Origin: Catajapyx aquilonaris
Lineage: Eukaryota
Assembly: GCA_000934665.2 (NCBI GenBank)
Contig: KZ539129.1
Coordinates: 1 to 32,942, forward strand
Direction of reading: 5' to 3'
Length of the DNA stretch: 32,942 nt
In this document: in pieces, positions 1 through 11,229 of the stretch
Layout: every line of letters starts with the position of its first letter
Position numbering within the stretch: the first letter of the stretch is position 1
Translations under genes and position numbers: made by a program
The notes under the pieces: generated by a model
What the model saw: only the letters and a program-made list of their open reading frames with translations
Told to the model about the DNA's origin: nothing
Databases searched by the model: none

Positions 1-23
1 GGGGGGGGCTGGATCCGCCACTG
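1..23. mobile_element. Probable terminal inverted-repeat end of a DNA transposon/MITE, truncated by the window edge
   Basis: The reverse complement reads CAGTGGCGGATCCAGCCCCCCCC, a CAGTGGCGGATCC-type terminus common in invertebrate MITEs. The partner end lies outside the window. Confidence 0.4.
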
Positions 24-215
24 ACCTCTCTCAGACATTTCTGGTGTTACTCTTGCAATCTTTTTCCGTATGTGCTGGGGATGGCGAACCTTTTCACCAT
101 GCATGTGTCTCTACAAAATGTCCATCAGGGTAAGATCTGGGCGTCTATGGGATCTATAGTCATTGGGAAACGTCTCATTCAAGAATTCGCACACTGGGAG
201 GCTGAACAAATGAAA
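24..215 (-). pseudogene. Tc1/mariner-superfamily transposase C-terminal relic (copy A)
   Basis: The minus strand translates FSLPVCEFLNETFPND...RRPDLTLMDIL*RHMHGEKVRHPQHIRKKIARVTPEMSER. This resembles the 'V..FLNE.FP.RW....WPPRSPDLTP.DF.LWG..K..VY..K...L..RI.....TP.ML' tail of Tc1/mariner transposases. It has an internal stop and deletions. Confidence 0.55.
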
Positions 216-237
216 CTTTTTGTTTCGGCATTTTTGT

Positions 238-425
238 TTCATGGATGATGCAACTTTTTTATTGGAATCATCAAGAACAAAGTGTGTGATGTAAAGATTA
301 GAGACATCCATCACCTACGGGATAGGATTGCAACGGTAGCTCCAAATATGATTCAGCGGGTTGGACACGAGACGGAAAACCGTCTTTTTAAATCTGCTGA
401 GCGACAAATAGAGCTCATGTCGAAA
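238..425 (+). pseudogene. Tc1/mariner-superfamily transposase C-terminal relic (copy B)
   Basis: The plus strand reads GIIKNKVCDVKIRDIHHLRDRIATVAPNMIQRVGHETENRL then, frameshifted, ATNRAHVE, matching the '..K.KVY....L..RI....P.ML.RV...RL..C...NG.H.E' C-terminus. It is homologous to copy A and divergently oriented. Confidence 0.6.
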
Positions 426-488
426 CAAACTATGGTTAGACCAAAACTTCAGACCTTTTTTAGAGTTTTAAAACTTAAATCATTAAGA

Positions 489-553
489 CAGTGGTTTCCA
501 ACCTTTTGCCAATTGCGACCTCCTAAACATGTTTCCATAAATGTGCGACCCCT
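489..553 (+). mobile_element. hAT/Charlie-like left-end fragment
   Basis: Begins CAGTGGTTTCCAACCTTTT, followed by two TGCGACC motifs, typical of hAT-Charlie MITE ends. No right TIR found. Confidence 0.35.
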
Positions 554-633
554 CTCCCACTCCCCCTTTCCCCGGCCCCTTCTACAACTACCCCCTTGCC
601 AGAAAACATACACTCTGTACGGGCGCAAAAATA

Positions 634-1079
634 CAGGGTGATTCTCCCGAAACCGAAGCCAAACATTCCTCAATAACTTTTTAATCATTGTATGGTTCTG
701 AATGAAAATTAACATGTACTTACCTCGTATGATGCCAAACAAGGTCTGCCTAGAGAATATGATGAGAATGGTCCCTACCACCATCCAAATCTTTTTGAAT
801 GCGAGTCTGCATATTGGCGTATTATACGTATGTGATAATGTATGTACAGTACCTGGCTCCCCTGCTCCCCTCTGCACTGCCCTGTATACGCCAGTATGCA
901 GACTCGCATTACGAAATTCTTGGATGCTGAAGGGGACCATTTCCAGCATAATATGCTTTAGACATACCTTGTTTGGCATCATACAAGGTATAAGTACATG
1001 TCAATTTTCAGTAAGAAACATACAATAATTAAAAAGTTATTGAGGAATGTTTGGGTTAGGTTTCGAGAGAATCACCCTG
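634..1079. mobile_element. Tc1/mariner-like foldback MITE, 446 bp
   Basis: TA|CAGGGTGATTCTC...GAGAATCACCCTG|TA with a TA target duplication (632-633, 1080-1081). Imperfect inverted arms extend about 190 bp inward, leaving a ~60-bp spacer. This explains the mirror ORFs 449-982 and 702-1028 (both contain MMPNKVCL). Confidence 0.9.
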
Positions 1080-2094
1080 TAGTTCAATCGACACAGAAAT
1101 TGCACCCAGAAAAGTACAGGTAGATGATTTAGCGCAGGGCACCTAGTTCGTCCTTTTCCCCATTTTCCGCCAAGAAAAATGACCTTTACGGCAAGTTGAA
1201 GTCAGCGGAAAACGGCGTCTCCGAAAAGTCAATTAGATTAACATGGCGGCAGGAATCGCGAGAAAATCGGACACATTTCTGCGCGAGGATGTCCACAATT
1301 TTAATGCAATCGTGTATCACGTATGGTACCATTGTAAAGGCCAAACCTTTGCTCCTGTTTTTCGAGATTAACGAGTCATTTACCGCATTTCGCGACAAAA
1401 AAATTAGTTACCGTTTTTTTTGCTCTCCGGTATTTCCACTGCACATCCAGCCATAACTTTGTCAATTCTCCATCTTGGACCTGTCCAAGGTTATCCTGAG
1501 TAGGCCCGCAGCACAAACGACAAAAATTAGGTTCATGTAGTGTAGGCCTATGTTCTATGCACCTAGTTTTACGCTAAAGCCCGCTGTGTTCGCCACTTAC
1601 AGTTTCTTTGATTTCGTAGGTGGTGCTCTCTGGCGGACTTAGTAGTCTTCGTTAAATGTTGCCATATCGTGCACTGTTTGATAAGTAGAATTAGGTGTAC
1701 GAAGATTCATGGGGTTTTTACCCCGTAAAAATGTTGTAAGAATATTCGCTTGGGACAAATGCCGCGCGAGTCTCCAATCATGCAAACGAGATATCCCGCG
1801 TTAGCCCTATCGAGTATGGATTCAAGATGGCGTTCGTTGGCAAAGCAGGTCAAACCTTAGGTACAAACTGTTTGTGGTCACCCGTGAGCTGTCTGAACTG
1901 ATCAGCTCGGATCAACTGGTGGTGGTGGAAGCGGAGTGATCTCGAACTATTAGAGTGGCTTGACAGCAGCCATTTTGATACAACTCCCCTACGTTGCCAA
2001 GTTTCAGCGATATGCTCCACTCTAAAGGTACGAATCATTGTGCCATGTGGGTTGCCTTTATTAGTCAGGATAACTTTGAACGGTGACTCGCTCT

Positions 2095-2215
2095 TGAAGT
2101 TTTGCACCACTCTCCTCGATATACCGGGTACTCTTGCAGCCGATGAAACATTTCAAATGAAGATTGCTCCGCTTTTTTCTGCCAGCCAGAGTTCGAGTTT
2201 TAATAGAAATGCACT
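2095..2215 (-). pseudogene. Possible degenerate helix-turn-helix (pogo/Brinker-type transposase N-terminus) relic
   Basis: The minus strand reads AFLLKLELWLAEKSGAIFI*NVSSAARVPGISRRVVQNFK, resembling 'FKL....AE..G N.S.AAR.FGI.R..V..W'. It has an in-frame stop and the similarity is judged by eye only. Confidence 0.25.
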
Positions 2216-5200
2216 TATTTTTTCATACGATAAATAAATGTTGCTTGATTTGACCCCTTGTAGATGTAACTTTTAGGACGCGTTACATCGCTCGTGGTAT
2301 ACGGTATATAAAAAGGTGTGTTTCTACTTGTTAATAATATTGTTACAATTTAATTTGTGCTTTGTATCACCAAAAATAGACAGATTATGTGAGGAATTAT
2401 ATGGGATAATTAATTTTTTATCATACATAGGGAACAGCAAAGTTCCATCTGCACGACATAACTCACTGTTTCATGTGATTTTGGGTGCAACAAGGTTCTA
2501 TCTGCAAATCGACATTTTTATAATTAAAAAGATTGCAACTGTAATGTCATGACAATTTTTCTCCAAAGTGCTACTGAATCGAGAACTGTAAATTTAAATT
2601 ATCACCAGAATTCAATAGTTAGTTCATATCGGTTCATATTGCGGACAGTCGTAACTTCAAAGCCTACTTCTGGAAAAAGTAGTTTAATGCAGATGGAACC
2701 CTGTTATTCTCACCCCACGTAATCTCTATAATACGAATATAACAGCTGCCAAGTGACCCATTTCCAAGATAATAATTCATTTTATGTTAATAATAGACAT
2801 TTGTTGTGACAAAAAATTAAATACCCCTTGAGATTTTCAAACAGTCTAAATGACACGGAGCACAGTGAAAACAACCACACACTATTGATGTAAATCAAAA
2901 TTTCCAATTGGCTGTTTTTCCGACCAGGGTGACGAGGGAGGGACAGGTGGAGAAGGGATGGGGGGTGGAGGCGGGTAGCAGTGATGTATTGACATTATTC
3001 ACACTGGTGTCCATCCATACAGATTATGGATTACAGCCATGCTTTTTTTTCCTGTACGGCTGGATTCACATGCAAATAATTTATCATTATTGTTATCAAT
3101 TATTATTATTACTCCTACATTTTACATTTAATAATTACGGTACTGTACATCTTTGCTTATTTGCTATTCTGTATCACAGTTTCATGCTTAAATGCTTATA
3201 AAATTGCGTTTCAATTTATATATAATTAACCGAATGGTTTCCATATGTATTTCAGCATGTTCGTTATTATGTGCACTGTACAGTACATACGTGAGTGGCC
3301 AAACTTTTCGCAACAATTCCCATTTCCCTCAGCTCCTATTTTCCGCATGGCACAAAACATTTGCAATTTGTTATATTCGGCACTTAATCGTTTGTTTATA
3401 CTACATGACTATCAACTACAAGAGATTAATGTTTTATGAGACTTATAAAATGACACAGAGGTTTGACTTAAATCTCTCCTATTCACATCTTGGATCCCTG
3501 TCAGCCATCCCAACCACACGCAGTTATCCAATTCCCACACAGGTGGCGACATAACCTGGAAAGGGCACCCTGTCATGTGTGTTGCATCCATAGCAGGATA
3601 CGCCCTATCATCTCTATAGCACCAAGCCTGCAACAAATATTGTAGCACGAAGGAGGTTATCATGAGGTCGAGTTGGCAGCGGCAAGAGACACTAATATAT
3701 TCACTTAGACCTTCTCCTGGATTAGCAATTCGAGTCAGAGTCTCGGGCCGGCTAAATCACGGGTAATTCCATTTAGAAAACCTCCGACTCGACCTTTTCC
3801 CCAGGAATATTGTGGCACTTGACTTTATCTTGCCAGCTTTATGGGCTTCTACCCCGCATATTTCCTGCAGGGTTTTACAGTCCAGATGTAATGAATTCGG
3901 TCATATCTACTAACAGGGGCGGGGTAAGGGCTCTACTTTCATTCATCCACGTTCTTTTCCTTCCTCCCCCCCCCCCACCCGAAACTCTCTTGGGCTCTAG
4001 GGAATTGTGGCCTCGTGCCAGAGGAAATTGAGCTCCCAAAAACAGAGTAGCAGGGTGGGGAGGGGTTAATTGCTAACTTTGGGTTCAGCCATATCCGACG
4101 TATCTTCCAGGCATGAAGTCGAAGGGACTTTCATGCAGGGGGTGGGTCAAGAGGTTCTATGTTCATGTCAAGGACCTGGAATTAATCAAGTGTGGTCGGA
4201 TATTTAGAAGGGATGATGGCTGTTAAATGCCTGGAGAAAATGAGAATACCATAAGTGTCCGATTGAAACTGTTTCAAAAATCATGTAACCTACAGGATAC
4301 TGTGTAAGTCTCGCAACAATATATTCTTGTCAACACATCATTAGAATACCAACAGGAAAACCAGAAAACCCATAATTGGACTGGCAGTGACATAACACTT
4401 GTTGTGGCAGGCTGTGAGCGACCTCCAGAGACCCACGCCAACGCCCCTCAACTTAAGAAATAAAGATCTCCAACCTTCTCCCTAATTTCCAAGAGCGACC
4501 CCTCTTCCTCCCCCAATCTATCTCCCCCCTCTCCCGCCATCCAAAAGCTCCGGTCTTTTATCAGCCCTCACTAAACGGACATGATGAAGTGGGTCCCATA
4601 CATCATGCCAATCCGACACACTTTACGCTTCTCGCTTGTTCCGTATCGACCATCCCACTGGAACACTATAACCAACAAGAGCTGGAAATTCAAGCCGCTT
4701 TGTCCGGATGCCACATGAATACCAGGAACCAATCATTATGGGATGTTACGCACTTTTTAAGACACATGAGATAACCTCTCTGGATTTGGGATTATATGGG
4801 GGAAAAGGTAGTGTTACAACGGACCTGTCGGTACTTTGAAGTCAGAAGTGCCCTGGAGGTGTAAAAGGCGCTTATATTCAGTTTGGGTATGGATCGAGCA
4901 AAATGGATCCAGGGAGCTCCCCTTAAATTGGGCACGGGACTCTCCTCGGGGGCACTCTATGATGATCACTCATCTCCGAAACGCCGTACTTTCTATCCCG
5001 TGCCCTCCGCCTCCCTATCCCATCACATCCCACTCCTTCAATCAAGGAGCTCAAGTCCCCAGGGCCATGTCCCTCCCTGGACAAATAGAATCTTCCCCAA
5101 GTGGTTCAGACGATCAGGCCTTTGTATTTGGGCCAAAAAGAACTGTTCATTTCCACACTCTTGGATTCGATAATTTTTGGCTATACCGGTACTTTAGAAG

Positions 5201-5295
5201 TATGTTGCCTGAATTATTTTTTGTTAAATTTTTTTAAATAAACGAATTAACAGTGAACTGTCTTATATGTAGGACGCTATGCATATCTGAGTTAA

Positions 5296-5793
5296 AGGAA
5301 GGGTTCAGTGATTTTGCATGTTGGGCTTCAGAGGTCAAGGAAGACTCCCTGATTCCAAAAATGTGGTCAGTTTTGGAATCTGACGCCGCGTAAACAAATG
5401 CCGTTAGGTGAAAGTCCATATCCGCTACTGTATTCGATACGGTAAGCGTATACAGCCAGCGCCTCCCGCGGAAATTCCGGTAACCTGCCACCACCGTGGC
5501 CAATGAGATTGGCTTAGTGTCGGAGCCGTTGCTCGGAGCCCATTTTTTCATCTTTTTCACGGGACACGGGTTCCCTCTAGCCACAAGAGTGGAAGCTTCG
5601 ACGGCTGCATCGAAGCTTCCACTCTTGTGGCTAGAGGGAAGCCGTGTGCGGCGCTGATTTTCAAAAAAAATCCACTTTGACTTGAAATTTTACGCTTATG
5701 GTGCATTTGCCAACAAAACGGATCGGATATTTCAAATCAGGGAGTCGTGTTTGATTTTTGGTGCTCAACATGCAAAATCACTGAACCCTTCCT
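5296..5793. mobile_element. Non-autonomous DNA transposon with TTAA TSD, Kolobok-like, 498 bp
   Basis: Perfect 28-bp TIR AGGAAGGGTTCAGTGATTTTGCATGTTG (5296-5323 / 5766-5793), flanked by TTAA on both sides (5292-5295, 5794-5797). Purine-purine termini fit Kolobok rather than piggyBac (CC). There is also a subterminal GACTCCCTGATT / AATCAGGGAGTC pair. Confidence 0.85.
5564..5647. repeat. Perfect 31-bp-arm hairpin inside the TTAA element
   Basis: TTCCCTCTAGCCACAAGAGTGGAAGCTTCGA (5571-5601), an 8-nt loop, then the exact reverse complement (5610-5640). Six more base pairs follow after one mismatch. Confidence 0.95.
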
Positions 5794-5850
5794 TTAAGAG
5801 CCTCAATTTCATTGTTGAATTTTTAACTACATTTTAGAAGACCGTACCCA

Positions 5851-6213
5851 GCCCCCGAACACTTCCCCTACAATCTTATCTTATCGTCTGCCGAGGCGTT
5901 TTGCACGAGGTGCTCACTTGAGAGCGCCATGAGACAGCTTTTCATTGCGCTATTATGTGGCGACCCTACCGGACTACGCTGAACTTTATAGGTACAACTT
6001 GTACCTATAAAAGGAAGCGCTACATTGGGGGACCCAACATGGTCGCCGGTAGCCATGTTGGGCCCGCATGTAGCGTCTTCTCTTCTACCTGAGTTCAGCG
6101 TAGTCCGGTAGGGTCGTCACATAATAGCGCAATGCAAAGCTGTCTCATGGCGCTCTCAGGTGAGCACCTGATGCAAAACGCCCCGGTAGGCGATAAGAGG
6201 GAGTGTCCAGACC
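5851..6213. mobile_element. Palindromic (foldback) MITE family P, copy 1
   Basis: Near-complete palindrome centred on CCCAACATGGTCGCCGGTAGCCATGTTGGG. It is homologous along its length to 21870-22222, and both end ...CCAGACC|TTA. Confidence 0.85.
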
Positions 6214-6921
6214 TTAGTATTCTAAGACCATGGCCGTACCTTTTCAACTGGCCTTTTCAACAATGAATTTTTCCAATTTTTTGTTCTCGTTATACGTTTT
6301 AAAAATTTGCCATATAACTCGAATTCTACTGCAGATAGAGCTTCGAAATTTCTATACAGTATAAGAGTGTGCCGAGTTGTCACCTTTGATGTCGCCTGTG
6401 TTTGTTTATTTTTTTGCTGTGTGTATGCAGAAGGTCCTAAATCAGGCAAGCTTAATGTAGTGCAAATATCCTGGCCATAGTCGTGACAAGTGTATCTGTA
6501 ATTGCCTCTCGGATTGTGCTGGGTAGCCACATGAATGGCAATGAGGAGATTGGCTCGTGGCGACAGGCGATTTAGCCTTATCCCCCATAACACCGACAAA
6601 ACCCTATCCACCCCTTAGTAACAAATGACTTGATTATGCAACCAAGGAAGGCTGAGTATTAATCATAATTGCGGGACATAAAATGAGATGAGAGGGGCTG
6701 GGGGTGTTGCAAACAAAGTGCTGTTAGATGGGTGGGGTAGGGGGAAAAGGGGGGAGAGAAAAAATAACTGTCGCGTCCCTTCAGCCGTTTCCAACCGGAG
6801 CGGAATTAATGTCAGACGTTAAATTGTTTTAGAATTATGAAAGCCTCTTGCAGTTGGAGGAAACGGCATATTTATGAGCATTTTGAATTTTAAAGCTGAG
6901 GTTTAGTCAACTAATACGCAA

Positions 6922-6922
<1 letters not shown>

Positions 6923-6991
<69 letters not shown>
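6923..6991. repeat. (TAA)23 microsatellite
   Basis: Uninterrupted TAA triplet run. Confidence 0.97.
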
Positions 6992-6992
<1 letters not shown>

Positions 6993-7117
6993 CTATTTCA
7001 AACTTGGATAAGCGAAATTAATTGATATAAAAACCCTTCAATACTACAAATAAACTGAAAGAAATGTCAGCAAAACCTTCAATTAAGTTATAACCGAATT
7101 TCCGCAGCCAAAGTCTA

Positions 7118-7566
7118 CAGTGTTCGGAAATTTAACCTACCGCTGCTTTGAGATATGATAGAGGGGTTCTAGGCGATCGCTTTGAGTAGTCTACGTATAT
7201 GCAACATGGGTCTCCGACGCATAGTTACCGAGATAATGTGCTTCAAACACAAGGTATAAAATATCCTGGCACGTATGCGTCCCTCCAAGCGACCTTATCT
7301 TTTTAATTTAAATTCAAAGCGTTACCATGGAATTTAATTTAAATTTACGATCCTGTTAGGTGTAGCAGGGAATGGCCTAGGCGATGGAAGTGTCGTAAGC
7401 AGTATCCGAAATTTATAAGCTGGGATAATGCACTATTTTATTTCATGCTATGTATCTCGGTAACTATGAGTCGCAGACCCATGTTGCGTATACTCAAAGT
7501 GATCGCCTAGAACCCATCTATCATTTCCCAAAGTAAAGTGACGGTAGGTTAAATTTCCGAACCCTG
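7118..7566. mobile_element. TA-flanked MITE (Tc1/mariner-like), 449 bp
   Basis: TA|CAGTGTTCGGAAATTTAACCTACCG ... CGGTAGGTTAAATTTCCGAACCCTG|TA (24/25 match). Imperfect arms continue about 115 bp (e.g. GTTACCGAGATA / TATCTCGGTAAC). Confidence 0.88.
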
Positions 7567-8116
7567 TAGTTTTGTTGACGTGCATGCTACTTGACACTAT
7601 ACACTCTCCTTTTCTTCACCAAGCAAAATAATATCTTCCACAAATTGGGGAAAAATTTAGACAATTTAAATAATGCTATAAAATGGCGCCTGCTCGTATA
7701 TCTTATTTGTGACTGAAGAAACCCCCAAAATGATGTTAACTCCGGCAGCAGACCTACAGGCGAAGGAAGCAATTTTGGTTGGTAGGGGAGAAGATAATCA
7801 TCTACTTCTCTTTCACCCTCCCTGACTCTCACAATCCCTCCACTTATCTTGGCTTTAGAGAGCCATCAACGCGCCATTAAATTTCATTGCTCTAATCACT
7901 CTCGGGCAGAGGGGGTATGGCACCAAGGGGGAGGGAATCTACTGTAGGTAGGTAGATAGAGGGATTTTCCTTGCCTCAGATTGCTTATATGGAAATTAGT
8001 TTGTGTGATCTCATGAATTGCGACGACACGGATTGCATGCTCATTTTCAGAAATCAGTGGATGCAGATTTATTACTCGTTTATGGAAGTTGCACTTAATT
8101 TATTCTGTACAGTTAT

Positions 8117-8376
8117 AATAATATAATATAATAATGGATACCCCGTGATAGGCCTCCTTGGGCCTCATAGGGGGATCATCTTTTAAATACCCGTCTTTAA
8201 TAATTGCCTGCGCTGTGATGGATTTTGATAGTGGGAGGAAACGGGAGAAGCCCGAGAAAACCCACGCGAACACGGAACTCTATCCACATAAGTATCCTCC
8301 GTCCGACCCGGGGATCGAACTCGGGACCTCAGAGGTGGAAAGCTGCGGCACTAACCACTCGGCCACCATGTCTCGC
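8117..8376 (-). mobile_element. tRNA-derived SINE with V-domain-like core, full length with 17-bp TSD
   Basis: Minus strand: A box TGGCCGAGTGG, B box GAGTTCGATCC, core CCGTGTTCGCGTGGGTTTTCTCGGGCTTCTCCCGTTTCCTCCCAC (V-SINE-like) and an ATT-rich tail. Perfect TSD TTATTCTGTACAGTTAT at 8100-8116 and 8377-8393. Confidence 0.92.
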
Positions 8377-8450
8377 TTATTCTGTACAGTTATGTTTGAC
8401 TAAACATTCGCTTTGTGTCGTGGCTACGTCGAACTCACACCAAAAACATA

Positions 8451-9039
8451 CAGTAAAACTTCTATAAGTCGACCTTCCCTAAGTCGAAGTTCTCTATAAG
8501 TCGAAGAAAATCGTGAGCTTGGTTGGTCACAATATAAAATAATAGGAAATAAACTTCCCTAACTCGAATTTCTATGACTCGAAGTTCTCCATAACTCGAA
8601 GTGCAGGCATGGCCTTACGATGGGATTTCAATGCATTTTCAGTTTCCCTAAGTCGAAGTTCATGTTGGCGAGTACGGAAAATATATTCTCATTTCCCAGA
8701 CGAAGGGTCGAGAGTCTGCGACATGCACAGAAAGGCTCAATTTCCTGATCTCCGTCTACCAGACGTACCGAAAGAAGTGTTTGACACGATTGTGACAATT
8801 GAATCCTTGAATCTAAGAGTAGGCAAAATGTCCGTAATGGAGATTTTTTAAAAACAAAACAGTGAGGAACATTGTAAGTGTGATAGTGACAGTTATTTTA
8901 AAGTTTTGAACACCTTTCGTCGCTGGATATAAAAGTAGCCTTCTGTGAAATTCCAAACTTCCATAACTCGAATCTTCTATAACTCGAAGTGTTTTCCCGG
9001 TCCCATGAATGAGATTCGACTTATAGAAGAGTTTTACTG
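8451..9039. mobile_element. pogo/Tigger-like MITE with subterminal repeats, 589 bp
   Basis: TA|CAGTAAAACTTCTATAAGTCGA ... TCGACTTATAGAAGAGTTTTACTG|TC. Nine direct copies and one inverted copy of a TCYMTAASTCGAA-like motif. CAGT termini with TA fit pogo/Tigger. Confidence 0.85.
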
Positions 9040-9138
9040 TCATTATAGTCACAAAATGTTTGTGATGTTTGACCATTTTGGCAATATTTTTCTGGTACCG
9101 TAGTCGCGTCGGTACAGTACTTATTATTTTACTTGTAA

Positions 9139-9378
9139 GGGCGACATGGTGGCGTAGTGGTTAGCGCCACAGCCTTCCACCTCTGAGGTCCCGAGTTCGA
9201 TCCCCGGGACGGTTTCGATGGGTTATCTCCGTATTCGCGTATAGGTTTTCCCGTTTCCCCCCACTATCAAAATTCATCACAGCGCAGGCAATGATTAAAA
9301 ACGGTTCACGAAACAATGATCCCCGAAGAGGCCCAAGGATGCCTATCACTATAGGTATGCATTATTACGTATTATTAC

Positions 9379-9442
<64 letters not shown>
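9139..9442 (+). mobile_element. tRNA-derived SINE (same V-domain-like family as 8117-8376) with (ATT)n tail
   Basis: A box TGGCGTAGTGG and B box GAGTTCGATCC. It shares TTCCACCTCTGAGGTCCCGAGTTCGATCCCCGGG and CCCACTATCAAAAT with the minus copy and has internal deletions. The (ATT)n tail runs about 9361-9442. No clear TSD. Confidence 0.9.
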
Positions 9443-9526
9443 CCTTCCAACAATATTTACTTCATTATGGAAGCAAATCCATTACATAATTATTATAGTC
9501 AGTGCAATCTATACTCGTATAATGTA

Positions 9527-9846
9527 GGGGAGGCGGAGTGGCACTGCGGAATCGCACGCTCCCCGGGTTCGATCCCAAGCATGGATTTCCCCCTTTCATC
9601 CCGTGCAGAGTCGGGTCGTCTCTGGCTTCGTCTCTGGTGGGATTGCTTGAGACTAACCACCCGGGGAGTTCACAACATGATCAGGTACCGACATTGCATT
9701 GCACATTGCACATCCCCTCCCTCTCACCCTTCCCGTGGACCAGGGCGTTTCGCAAAAAGGTTCCGCATGTACATGTACTGTACTGATAGGTTAATAAAGG
9801 TCCGTGCGATAGACCCCAAGATGGGTAAAAAGCACTATGGTACCTG

Positions 9847-9917
<71 letters not shown>
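9527..9917 (+). mobile_element. Second tRNA-derived SINE family with long (ATT)n tail and TSD
   Basis: A-box-like TGGCACTGCGG, B box GGGTTCGATCCC, and an (ATT)n tail at about 9847-9917. TSD TACTCGTATAATG(T/C)A at 9512-9526 and 9918-9932. Confidence 0.85.
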
Positions 9918-9920
<3 letters not shown>

Positions 9921-11229
9921 TCGTATAATGCAAGTACAAAAGTGAAAAGAACATTCAGTACTGTACTATAATGATGGCCTTGGGTTACCGCATCGCACTC
10001 AATTGCACTCAAAATCGTAATTTGAGTTATTTTGAGTTATTCACACCACTCAATTGAGTATTTTTTCCATTGACTGGTGAAGTCCTTTTATTCCTAAAGA
10101 TAAAGAACGTAGGACAATTGAGGGGTATGGTGGAAAAGCGTGACAACCCACATTTTTGTCATTTTGGATCTAAACACGTAGCAACAGCGTAAAAGAAATG
10201 ACAAACAGTGGACAAACATTTTGGGATACTTAAAGTTCACATATCATGCACGAGAGGGCAGCACGGGCTGGATGATAACCACTTTATGTATGGTAGGTAG
10301 GCTACTACTTGTAGTAGAAGTGTTATTTGGTCTCAGTAGCCTCAGAATTAAAATAATAGTTAACATCAATCAAAGAGTGCGCCATATACCGTGCCATATT
10401 GGCAAACTTACCCATCAATAATTCTTAATTGATATGTACAAAAATTCAAATAAGTTGCCTTCCATTTGGACTTAGCATTTCGGCATGTTCCTTGACATAG
10501 TAAGATTAGTAACCATTTTACCTCCTGTTCGACGCACCCGAGCTTTCATCTGTTGCTCATTCTTGAAATATATTATTTTTTCAAGAGAAGTATCCAGGGA
10601 AGCATTCACCTCGCACGTATCTGTGCGCGGCTCCTTTTGGCTACATAACTTCATTTTTTAGTCTCAACCATTTTCTTGTTTGGAGGTGCTTGTGATCATG
10701 GTGTTTATCTTGACGTATCTGTGCTCAGCCTACGAGAAGTTTGTCCGAAGATTCCTACAACTGACTAGTTCTTCGTGATTGTTGCTGTTACCGTGTTGAC
10801 TTGGACCGCATTGGAACTTGGAATCGAACTGGATTGTGTGATGAGTATCACCTCACCTTTGATTCGTATTTACTAATGTTGATTACCTGACATTATTACT
10901 GGTTTGTTTCTCCGTGATTCGTAGCTTGTCATCTTGGTAATCAGTGTTGTTACTGTTGGGTCCCTTTTGATTATTTGCCCATTGTTGTTGATCATATATT
11001 TTTTTTTTGATAATCTTGTTTAATGGTTGGATTGATTTGATTACTGGTTTTCTTGTGTTATTGCTCAAACTTGGTAATTTTGCCTTATTTTCCCGTACAT
11101 CCGCTGAAACTCTGTTAATGCCCGCTTCGTAATTTACGCGCATGAGCGATTAACTTGCGGCGGTATATCAGGTGGAAAATATTGGGATATGTTACACGAC
11201 GGGTAAGGTGCTCACCCGAAAATGCTTGA

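Noticed and set aside
449..1028. Overlapping 177-aa and 108-aa ORFs on opposite strands
   Set aside because: They are mirror products of a palindromic MITE with no recognisable domain.
1100..1840. CpG-rich stretch resembling a DNA-transposon interior (similar at 32240-32942)
   Set aside because: No paired termini or TSD could be identified within the window.
8451..9039. Regularly recurring ~13-bp motif resembling a CRISPR or iteron array
   Set aside because: The repeats are short, degenerate, irregularly spaced and enclosed by TIRs, consistent with subterminal transposase-binding repeats in eukaryotic DNA.
9291..9527. ORF with poly-isoleucine
   Set aside because: It is a translation of the (ATT)n SINE tail.
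10472..11143. Strand-biased N/Q/K-rich minus-strand ORF fragments
   Set aside because: Multiple stops and no recognisable motif. It could be a decayed retroelement ORF but this cannot be supported without a search.
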